Assembly (NCBI GenBank): GCA_030704615.1
Contig: CM060731.1
Coordinates: 84,816,001 to 84,880,000 of the forward strand
Reading direction: 5' to 3'
DNA from: Takakia lepidozioides
Taxonomy: Eukaryota > Plantae > Bryophyta
Length of the DNA stretch: 64,000 nt
Position 1 is the first letter of the stretch, and the number at the start of each line of letters is the position of its first letter. The position numbers and the translations under genes were made by a program. Below are positions 49,201 through 59,879 of this stretch, in pieces. The notes under the pieces are model-generated. The model searched no databases and was not told the DNA's origin. It saw only the letters and a list, made by a program, of their open reading frames with translations.

Positions 49201-51165
49201 ACTTAGCCATCTTCGGGCCAAACCGGGAAAAATGGCGCCGAATTTCCAGTTCAGGGCTCCCAAGGTGGCTAAGTCCCTAGGGTGGCAGTCACCGAAAACC
49301 GAAATTCGGCGCCATTTTTCCATTTCTAGGCCCACTCACATCCGCCCCAACCTGGGAAAATGGTGCCGAATATGCATTTCAGGGACCTCATTGTGTTTTT
49401 CATGAATGCAGGTACTGCAAGTTCTCCCTTTTGGAGAAAGGTCATCTGTCTTTCGAGCCACCATTCTTCCTGGCATGGAGGAACCCTGGGGCTGACTCCA
49501 TGTACACTGACGATATTGTGAAGGAGTGGCATCTGGAACATTTGCGTGATTGCCCTTGGTATGTGGACCTTCCGCCCGGCTCGCTCGACCCATCCGAGTT
49601 TCAATTGAAGTTGGATGCTGAATTCCGACGAAACCGGGCTCCGCTGCCTCCGTTGGGTGCAAAAGAGGCAAAAGCGCTTGCGAACTCCAGGAAAGCGGCA
49701 GAGCTTGCTCAGGCAGGAATTCAGGAGAAATTGCATGAGAAGAGTAAAGGCCAAAGGAAAAGGACAAGGAAACAGGTGAGTGCAGTAACACCCAAAAAAA
49801 GAAAACCATCGGGGCATCGGAGGAGGTGCAGGAGGGGACCCAAGAGAGTGACTCGGACGACGACTTTGTTCAAGGTCCTGCGACTGCTGTTGCTCCTACC
49901 CAGTCACCGGTCGTCCGGTTCCCAAGTCAGTTCGGAGTGGGACTGGCTCTGCCAAGAAGTTGGCATTTGAGGGCGAGCCTACACGGCGGTATTCGGCGGT
50001 GACGTTTACGCACAGGCCAAAGCTAGAACCTCCAACCATCATCCAATGCGTCAATGAGAGCTTCCTTGACGCTCTCGCTGCCAGGGCGAAGAAGGTGGCA
50101 CACAGCAAGTCTCTGGCGGAGCAGAAGGGGAAAGCCAAGAAGAGGGCTGGCGGTACAGAGCCTAAAGACACCCCTGGTTTTGAAGCCATGATGGAATTCT
50201 TCACGGCTGTGAGCACAAATTGCAAGAGCACTCGGGGGGGGGGGGGGGTGGTTGAGAGAGAGCTTGCGACATGATTCTCCTCGACATTCTAGATGGGGAG
50301 CTGCTGGAGGGCCTGGATGGTGTGCCCACCTGGAACAGGTTTACTGAGGACTACTGGAAAGCCGGGTTTGGGCTGGCGGGGATGCTTCTGGATGACGGTG
50401 GATGTGTGGTTGTCCTTGCCACGAGAGGGAAGACCACAGAAAATGCGGTGGCAAGGTGGACACCCAAAAGTGTCACCCCGGTCCTCCTCAAAAAATAGTT
50501 CTGCATCAGTACACAGGGGTTGCGAACAGAGGGCCAAAGTGTAAGTTATCAATCTATTGCATTCACTTCATATTGTGGTGTATGTTAAGTAGACCCTGGA
50601 GTTGATCCCTTCTTTGTTGGATGTGCAGACATTGGTGTTTGAGGCATATTGCTTTGTGAAGAGAGGGTCTACGTTCAAATTCCGCAACGACGGTCGTCTT
50701 GTTGATGCCGCTGTGGACCCTGTAACCTACGATGTCCTCTACAACTATGTGCCCCACTCCAGTATGCCGAAGGATACAAAAACAGGCAAACCGTGGCGGT
50801 ACAGCCGGACCCGGAGCCACCCTCATGGAGACGTGCTCGGATGTCCAAGGGCGGATTCTGGACCTCACATGCGGCACGGGTAAGCCTTCACGTGATCAGT
50901 TTGTCCCCTGGCCCATTGCAATTGCATGCCGCAAGCTATTAACCGCCCGCTTTGTTCCTCAGGTGCTTCAATGTGGGCAGGGACGTTGTCCGACAGGCAT
51001 GTGTTCGCCTTCGAGCCAAATACTGCCCTCCACAACTCGGAACTTGCAGCGGTTGAACGTCTGCCGAAAGAGGAAGAGGCATCCTCGGAGGATGAGGAAA
51101 AATCCGAGAAGGAGCAGGGGGAGGAAGTTGGGATCGAGGCCGAGGAGCCCCCGGTTTACGAGTGA
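46212..51165 (+). pseudogene. ParB/Srx-like plus beta-class N6A/N4C DNA-methyltransferase-like fusion gene (M2 copy), multi-exon, a few frameshifts
   Basis: ParB-N-like segment: IPLCRLVSLQVVRP...IDKLKFSFRDG...YVWDGNHRLLAW...VDCVVL...AMADIN. MTase-like segment: MILLDILDG, MLLDDGGCVVV and LMETCSDVQGRILDLTCGTG^ASMWAGTLSDRHVFAFEPN. Putative GT-AG introns at ~47371-47488, 47679-47825, 48633-49411, 50541-50628 and 50880-50962. Confidence 0.78.
48771..49245. repeat. 5 x 95-bp intronic tandem array, two hairpins per unit, flanked by inverted units
   Basis: tggaaattcggcgcc occurs at 48771/48866/48961/49056/49151. The second hairpin is AGGGACTTGGCC...GGCTAAGTCCCT. Confidence 0.92.
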
Positions 51166-51911
51166 GTGGTGGCATTGTAAGTTGCCTCCAGATTTCGTGA
51201 GGCACCTCCCTCCGCTCTCTTATTTCATTGAAAACCCTTTCTGGTTGTGCTGGTATTGACATTCTTGAAGTGGATTTGTTCTTACTGTAGGATGCCAGTA
51301 CTGCCGGAGGGACGTCTACACCGGAGTTCATGGGCAGGAGGAACGTGCCTTTTTTTGCCAGGGGGATTTCATGCCTAGTCCAGAAAGGGAGTACATCCTT
51401 CTTACTTATGCTGCCCGGCTTGCTTCGGTGTCCATTAGGAGGTGTTCCGAACCTAGTCGTGTACAGCAAATTTTAGACGAGGCAAGCCTCAAGAAAATGA
51501 AGATGAGGGAGGAGGCAACAGCTATTAGAGCCCGTCAGGCTCATAGATTTGTCTTGGATTCTGCTGAGGAAAGTGGGGGAGAAGACGCAGAAGATTCCCA
51601 GGAGGTGAGGTGGATAGTCCCCCAAGGAGAGGACGGGATTTTTGAGAGGCATAGTGGAACCGATGCATCACAGAGCTCGGAGGATGAGGGGGATGAGGGG
51701 GATGAGGAAGAAGGTGGGGCAAGTTCCTCGGAGGGTGTAGGAGAGTAGTGCCCATTCCGGCTATGACAGTTAGAACACACTTGTATAGACGTGGCTTGCC
51801 ACAAAATTTGCAATAAAATGTTGCATTTCAAGTCCACTGGTGCCACATTCCAACTTCACATGACCCTATTTCCGTGCCTCCTAACCCTATTTCCGTGGAC
51901 TCACAATGGTC

Positions 51912-51968
51912 TGCTCATGCTTTTTTTTTTTTCTGCTCATGCTCATGCCGCTCATGAAATAGCAGCCC
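51912..51968. repeat. Subterminal GCTCATG repeats and putative TIR of M2
   Basis: GCTCATGAAATAGCAGCCC, followed within 2 nt by gypsy pol sequence. Confidence 0.7.
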
Positions 51969-51970
51969 CC

Positions 51971-53530
51971 GACCAAAGCAGAGATTACCATTGGACAGCT
52001 ATTGGCTGTGGCACCTTATTGTAGACACAGGCTGTATCAAGCAATCAATCAAATTGCCCAGGAGACAGGAAACACAGACCTGAACAGCAAGGTGACCAGT
52101 TATAATGTGAAGCCGGAAGGGCGAGAAACAGTCATGGACTTTGATGATTCTATGCCAGTAATCCAATTGAGAATTGGAAGCACAGAACTAACTGATGTAC
52201 TGATAGATGGAGGCTCTGGAGAAAATATCATGACAGACCAATTAAGAAAGAAGCTTGGTCTAAGTAACATGAAACCAGCCCCATTTACAGTAACAATGGC
52301 AGATCAAAGGAGTGTACAGCCATTGGGATTGATAAGAGGAGTCAAGATACAGATATAGAAGATGATCTTTATGATCACAGTAACTGTGTTGAAGATGGAT
52401 GAAGTCATGGAGGCTTACTCCTTATTATTGGGACGTCCGTGGCTGAAACAGGCCAGGGTATTCCATGACTGGAATTTTCAGTTACTAACCGTGCATAATG
52501 GGATGCACGAGATACAAATTATCACAAAGAAATCTAGTAGATTACCTGCTACGAGAAGACCTCAAGGGGTCAGAGAGTATGACTGGAGAGGAGGACTGGA
52601 TGAGGAGCAGGAAGCTACCCTGTTTGCTGCACACCCAGAGTGGGAGCAGGTTGCAGAGATGCGGCTGGAAGGCCTAAGTTGTTTAAGAGGTATCTGCTGT
52701 GGTGTAGTGTCAGCAACACCAATTGAAGAGGAAACCAGCAGTTATCCATCACATTTCTATGAAGAAAGAGAAGGAGAAATGGAAATCCTAGAGGAACCAG
52801 CCACTGTGAGTTTACAGGATGAAGTGGTGACTGGTTGGACAATCACAGCTGATGAGCAGGTGAGGGAAGTGAATGTGGGAACTCAAGAGGAACCAAGGAT
52901 GGTGAAGGTAGGAGCTGATTTGGAGCCATAATTCTTTGAAGAAGCTAAGAGTTTGTTCATCAAATACAGAGATGTATTTGCTTGGAGCTACGAGGATCTA
53001 AAAGGGATACCACCTGAGATCTATCAGCATAAGATTGAACTGGAACCAGGATCAGTACCAATCAAGCAGGCAAGGTACGGAATGAATCCCAACTACGCAC
53101 AGAAGGTTGGAGAAGAGATCAAGAAGTTGGCTGAGGCTAAGTTTATATACCCAATAGAGTATACAACATGGTTGTCACCCATTGTGATAGTTCCCAAGAA
53201 GAATGGTAAACTAAGAGTTTGTGTGAACTACAAGAAGCTGAATGCTTGTACGAAGAAAGATCCTTCCCCTTGCCATTCACAGAAGCAGTATTGGACACTG
53301 TGGCAGGCCATGAGATGTACTCATTCATGGATGGCTTCAGTGGTTATAATCAAGTGCAAGTAGCAGAAGAAGACCAAGGAAAGACAGCTTTCATCACAGA
53401 CTGGGGTGCTTATGCATACAAAGTCATGCCCTTTGGATTTTGTAATGCACCAGCAATCTTTCAGAGAGTAAATCTTTTCATGAGTATCTGGATGATTTCA
53501 TGCAGGTGTTCTTGGATCATTTCAGTGTGT
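51971..53530 (+). pseudogene. pol: G2 pol fragment (protease to RT), copy D
   Basis: Near-identical to 39230-40798, with stops at ~52356 and ~52929. It ends at gtgtgt after a mutated FLDH. Confidence 0.93.
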
Positions 53531-54325
53531 CTTGCCCGACCCCATGATGAGGCCGATCCCAAGGACGATCGCATACTGAACTCTAAGCTCTGATACCAAG
53601 TGTCGCGCACCTCACTTCGGTAAGCTCCCCTTCAAGTCATAGTTACTCGCTTTGATGCGCGCGCCTAACTCCCTAACTGGCCGCCGGGCCAACTCGGAGC
53701 TTCGGCTGCTCACCGGGACATAACGGTCCCCTTTACTCCACCACAAGACCCTCTCCCAATTTGGGCCTAGTGGAAATTCCTTTTGGTCGATGGCAGTCCG
53801 GAATAGCTCCCCACACCTTGGTCGCTTTCCGGCTCGCACGCTTACTCACTAGTTTTTGGACACCAACAGGCTTGCACCGTTCTTGGGGTTACTACTCCCT
53901 ATATATACTTCTGTGACTGTCCGCGGGGGCTTCACAAACAACCATGCCATTTTATGGCGAACCACCACGAAAACCCTCGATTCCCGGTGATGAGTCGCGG
54001 TGAGTCTTGGCCCACCCACCACGGTCCCATTGGACCGTGATGAGTCCCAAGAATCCCCACGACTCCCACCACAAGGTCTCCGCCCCCATGGTGAGTCCTA
54101 TGCCACCCCCACTAAGTCCCACTAAGCTACCACCACCCCTTGTGGAACCACCCCCACCGCAACCCGGTGTGCGGGGCTCCACCTAGTGAGCGCCTCCGCC
54201 TCCTTGAGTGCCTTGGGCACTCAAGGGTGTTTCAGCCCCCGCAACTAATGTTGCCACTGCCCCCACCACAGGGGCAGCCCCTCACGTGTCCCGACCCCTT
54301 GCCCTCAAGGTAAAGGGCCGCGACA
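53531..54325 (-). mobile_element. Gypsy G1 remnant: 5' LTR (53601-54325, 725 bp), intact iMet PBS (53587-53598), leader and first gag codons
   Basis: Matches 1522-2315, with TGTCGCG...CGCGACA termini and TGGTATCAGAGC on the minus strand. Confidence 0.92.
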
Positions 54326-56381
54326 CACATGGTAGACGGTTTCTCACACACACTAAAAAACCTGCTCCCTTGGGATATGTTCATATGCTCTATCCCAACA
54401 GAGGGATGGAATGGGTCAATGCCAAAGGTCTCATCAAAGAAGCTTTGGAATTTTTTGAACAGCCTGGGTTATGCCTATTGCTTGATGATGTTGTGTTTGG
54501 ATGGACTTACCACAAGCAGTGTAATCTGGAATACTACCACCTTGCTTCTGTCTTCCGTAACTTCAGTTTCTCACAGGATATGACACCCAATCATCCATGT
54601 CTATGTGAAAGCACCAATAGGTTTAAAAATTTCGCGACAGTGATACACTGGTAGAATTCCACATGCCTGGTGACTCTCACACTCAACATGTACGAACAAT
54701 AGACCTCACCATTATCCGACATCATGGTTTGAGAAAGCTATTTGGGCTAGGTATGAATCATATCCCTTTGAGAAAAACTTTGCTGAAAGAGATAGTAGAG
54801 GAAGTATCTCTAGCTTTTTGGAAAACATGTGAAATACTGGATGTATCAAAATCCGATCCCTGGGTATCTGAATGCCATGAATGGCTCAAGCAAACCTGCT
54901 GGGACAGATTAAGGAAAAAAACATACAAGGGACACTTCTCGCAACACGAGAAGAATCCCCTTGAGATGGCGGATGCCCAAGACAAACTAGCTTGGCTTCG
55001 AAGTCATCTATATATGTTAGGCTTGGACAAAGCTAGCAATAATGTATGTTTCATGTGTGTGACGCATATCAGAACACAAGCTTTTCATAGGCTGATGGGT
55101 AAGGATTTTAAGCCATGCATCAAAAATGAGGTATGGACTCCATCCACAGAAATCAAGAATTCCTTGACTAATGAATTAGAAAGGATGATTCCTGAACTGT
55201 CCACTGAAATTTCTGATCTACCATATATCATGGGGATCTATAAACTACACAAGAAAAAATACCGGTGGATCACTAATGCCCACAAGTGCATTTTTAGTGG
55301 GCTAGCAAGTTTACTTACTTGTGCCACTATGACTCTTTTACCACTTGTGAAAGAGTGGGTAAAAATGAAGCTGGACACTTATGAAAAATTCTTTAAGGTC
55401 TCTACGTCTATGTACTGGATCAGCATTATGGACTTTACCTTGAATTTACCTGACAAGGTTCATAACATATTTGTGGCCGACATCACCCAATGCTATGAGA
55501 ATATACCCTTGACAGGAGAGGATAACCTAGCTGCAGCCATTGCTTATGTGATTAAAATTGCCTTTAAGCAATACCACGCATCTCGACCTAGGTCCCAACA
55601 TGTTTTATGGATCCAAACAAATGAAGGAAAATTTGGGAAGTGTAGGTGGGGACCTACTTCCCCTAAACCTGGCAGTTGGATCGAGCTGTCTGAAGCAAGG
55701 TTGCTCGAGCTCCACGGCTGGTTGATGTTCCACTGCTTCGTAGCTTTGGGGGACCGGGTATGGCAGCAAATATCAGGTATCCCTATGGGCTTTTCTTGCT
55801 CACCTTTATGGTGCAATATATATTTTTTATCCTATGAAATCCGGTTCATCTTAAGATTGGCTACACTCGGGGAATTACAGCTGATGGCAAAGTTCGAATC
55901 AGCTTTTCGTTACATTGATGACATATGCTGGCTTAATGCAGGAAATGCTTTAATGTTTCTGGATCCCTCAGCTGATAGAAGTAGTTCCAATCCATGGTGG
56001 ATATATCCTTTGAATGTGGTCGAAATAAAGCCTGAAATATTGAGAACCAGATCTGATTCTCAAAACGAAGGTCTGAAAGCTTGTTTTATGAACATCCAGT
56101 TATCAGTTGTGAATGAAGAGAGAGGTGAATTCCACTTCCAGAAATATGACAAGAGAAGAGCTATTCTCTTCTCATATACCCAATACATCCAGTTCAGGTC
56201 AAACCGACCAGTGAACCAGTCTTACAACGTGGTGATATCTCAGGCTATACCCATAATGTATATTTCCAGTACTACTAAATCTGCGTGGAAAGAGTGCGGG
56301 ATTCTGATTGACACCTTAGGAAAAAATGGCTTCAAAACTGACAAGTTGCTGCGAATATTACTAAGGCTCCTTGAAGAATGA
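54326..56381 (+). mobile_element. Penelope-like element reverse transcriptase (572-aa ORF 54663-56381 plus frameshifted N-terminal part), 5' end cut by the G1 LTR
   Basis: PCLC...HVRTIDLTII..LRKL..LG, LDKASNN, YKLHK..YRWI, ADITQCYENIP, QISGIPMG..CSP, FRYIDD, and a thumb-like YDKR...SNRP...YNVVISQ. No GIY-YIG domain downstream. Confidence 0.82.
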
Positions 56382-56721
56382 ACCTTTCCTGGTGTGCACT
56401 TCCAGATTGCTGATCTGGTTAACATGCTCAAAGGTAAGCACTACCTTTATCAACCTAAATGACTTCAAAGCTTGATTTCATTATGCTTGTTCTAATTACC
56501 CGGCTTGAATAAGGGATAGCTTGATAATCCTTTATGGTACACCTTCCGAAGGATTAGCTAATGAGCAGGGAGAGATTACCCTTTGGAGAGGAGTCTGGTA
56601 TGCACTCCCTTACGGGGTGAGTGCATACCACACTCACTCCGTAAAGGCTTGCCATACCAGGGGTTGGTTGGTGGGATTCCCTCTCTCTCCCTCGCATAGG
56701 TAGGAGAGAGACAACTTCTCC

Positions 56722-57660
56722 ATGCCGCGTGTTGCGCAACAACAAAGATCATTCGGAGAATCCTCCTTTGCAGGGGAGTCCTCAATGCAACACCCCACCC
56801 CTGCATCCCATGCATTGAATGCCCTGGTTCAGGAGAAGCCCGTGGTTCCGGATGTGGAAGAATCGGTGTGCGCCAGTGAGGTCTGGCATATAGAACGCAC
56901 CAATATTGTTGGGTCTAGAGTGAAATGTAGTGCAATCAGGGCCATCGCATTTCAAAATTGCACATTACTAATATCCAGAGGCATTGCAAGGACTCCGGCT
57001 CCCACCTTCACAGGTTTGTTTCGGCCATTCGGACAAAGGGAGGCAAAGAATCACAAGTTCTGGTTCTGCGCCAATGAAGTCCTGTGGGAGGTGCGTGAAT
57101 GGGACAGAACGAGCTTCGGTGATCATGAAGCCTCCTCTACCAAACATTTGGCCAGTAAAGGTGGGGACGAATCTGATGAGTCATGAGATTGAAATGTTGG
57201 AGAATGCAAGACTTCCACCTTGCAAGATGCCCCACTATCCGTACATGTGCTTTGAAACCTGGTAGTTCTTGAGTGCTTCCTCCTGGAGCAGATTTTGCAC
57301 CCCACCAAACGAAATGGGAAGGTGGTTCGACAATTCCCTCCAACTGCTGACTTTAGCAAGGTGGAATCTGCAAGAATGCTTCATGCTTGACTTGCAGGTA
57401 TGATGGAGGTTCCGCATCCGGGATATGGTCGGATGTACACAATAATCACATCAAAATCTGTTTTGCAGGACAAGGCGGCCTACGACATTACAATTCAATT
57501 TTTTCATGTGTCCCGATTTTGTTCGCATGTCATCGACTGATCTTGGACAAATAGGGAAATTCGTCCCATGCAAACACTTGTATTACATATTTTTGAAGAT
57601 GATGGTTTTATCCCAAACGAGACTTTTATATGCACCAAGCCACTATGAGTTACAATGAGG
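56722..57660 (+). pseudogene. Third, more diverged MULE-like transposase C-terminal fragment (Cys-rich region and SWIM)
   Basis: WHIERT...KC...HKFWFC...WPVKVGT is homologous to 27570-28030(-). A frameshifted YDITI..CPDF...PCKHLYYIF lies at ~57480-57595. Confidence 0.7.
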
Positions 57661-59879
57661 TTGACACACTTCTGCAGCGGGATAGTAGCATATAGCGTAG
57701 GATTTCTTGGGCATTGCACAACTTACTTACCGGCTGCAGTCCAGTGTTTGTTGTATGCTTTATTGGAACAGATGAGGCTGTAGGGGAGGCTGCAAATGCA
57801 CTATTACTTTCATTGTATGTTTGAAGATCTTTCTTTGTGCTCAGTCACTTTTCCCCCCACCTTGTGGAGAGAGAGGGAAGATATACATGTCATGTCAAGA
57901 CATGGACAAGACCGCTAAGGTCATTGTCATTGAAAGACAAAACAGCCCTTTACAGGGCACCATCTAACATTCCCTTTCATGTTTACAATCTCATTTGAAT
58001 ACCCCATTACATTTCAGGGTCTCTGAAAAAACAGGGCGGGAGGGTGGGATTCCAAGTCATTCATATCATGAAAGCACCATAGTATGCATCATCATCTCAA
58101 AAAATCCTTTCAAACTCATTTCAAAAGCCAGATTGCAGGTTTGGTTTGAAGATGATGTTTTAGAACCAAGATATAAGCAATATTCTTAAAAAGGAAGAAG
58201 AAACAACAGGGTAGAGCCCCCTTAAGCAGGTATAGGCCTGGAATGGTATTTTAAGGCCTCATAAAATAGTTCTGCCAAGGTGAAAGAGCAGCTCAGAAAC
58301 CCCTGTTTGTTATCAAGCCATGAAACCAAAATGATATGAGGGCTTTGAAGAATGTGTGTTATCTATCAAAGCCTATCCTTTTGATCCATCAGAGTCATAC
58401 CAAGAAGTTTCATTTCAGAGCCAAGTATCAAGGCAGTCAGAGTAATAACTGCTATTTTGTATCCTTGTATCCTTCATAGCTTAACTCCTACACATGCAAA
58501 TGTGGTTGTAAAAAACCAGAAACAAGGGTAAGGAGAGAAGCAGATCCTCATTGGAGCCATCTTGGAGCAGGTCTGAAGCGGCATGGTGGCAGTTTGAAAC
58601 AGCAGATGGCATCAGCAGCATAGGCAACAGCAGAATCCACATTTGCAAGAACAGGAGCTGCAAGCTTTCAAGAAATCAAGACAAGTGAAGACCCTCACCT
58701 GTGCCCGTCCCAAAAACCACCACATAGTGATGTCTGTTAGTGAGGATGCAACAGGTAAGTGGCAGGTCTTCACAGTTGTTATCCATGTCAGTGTTGAATT
58801 CTAAAGCAAGTACAGATCACAATTCAAGCAAGGGTAAACTCAAAAAACCTTGAGTGTTTGTGGTATGCCCTGCACCATGGCATCCAACAGATCGTCTCCA
58901 ACAGAACGCAATCAGAGTAGAAGCGTTCACAGATAGAGAATGGCTCATACACAAAGAGAGAGCAACATGTAATCTGTAGATAAATAGGGATAGAGTACTT
59001 CCCAACAAGGAGTAAAAGCGCCGCTGCAAAATAAAGAACCATGAGTTTCTGATCAAAGCGATCACCGCTTTGTCGTCTGCCAGAGAAGAATTTTTTTAAC
59101 CACCAATGCGCATCCCAAGAGCCAGCCATCACGAGTACCATGTAGCAACAGGGGAGCAGGTTTATACGGCGCATCATCAAGGTTCACTGAAGCACGAGTT
59201 CAGTGCTGTGAAGTGTGTTGGCCTGCTTAGGGCACAACTTCCCGATTTTTCATCCAGGGTGGATGAAAAATCACATTTTACCAAGAGAAGCACTTAGTCA
59301 ATGGATGACATCCAATAGAAATGTATCTCTTAGGGTTATGGTATAGGCTTAGGTTTAATAACTGCCATCATTTATGATGGTAGTTTTATTATTCTCTTGG
59401 ATTTTAAAATAGGTAACCATTATTTATGTAGATCATCCAGTTTAGATGAAAGAAATAGATGGTAAATCAAGCTTTATGTACATTAAGTTTCATCACCCTA
59501 TAATAATATCATCCAGATTTGGATGAAAAAGGCTGGGATGAAAAACTAAATAACCTCAAAAGGTTAAGGCCAGATGAAATCCAAAGATTTATAGAGGGAG
59601 AGGGAGAGAGGGAGATAAGATATTCATGTCATGTCAAGACATGGACAAGACCCACTAGGGTCATTGTCAATTAAAGACATAAACAACCCATGATAGGGCA
59701 CCATCTAACACTTCCAGTCTTGTCATAGCATACCAAGTGACTACACCCATTCAGTCATGATAAAACAGGGTGGGAGAGCGGGGTTTGTTCATGTTCAGAT
59801 TCCTGACATGTACCCAAGTGACCCTCTTGCACAATACAAGTTAAATTGCAGCCTCAGATTATATCATCCATAATTATCC

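Noticed and set aside
48771-49245. CRISPR-like appearance of regularly spaced palindromic repeats (also 5288-5553 and 44790-45060)
   Set aside because: The sequence between palindromes is itself repeated, so there are no unique spacers. No cas genes are present and the context is eukaryotic with introns.
56556-56580. CTAATGAG as a hammerhead ribozyme core near the PLE
   Set aside because: It deviates from CTGATGA, and I could not find a matching GAAA with stems II and III by eye.
59328-59360. Telomere-like TAGGGTT words (also 61742-61770)
   Set aside because: Too short and degenerate to call an interstitial telomeric array.
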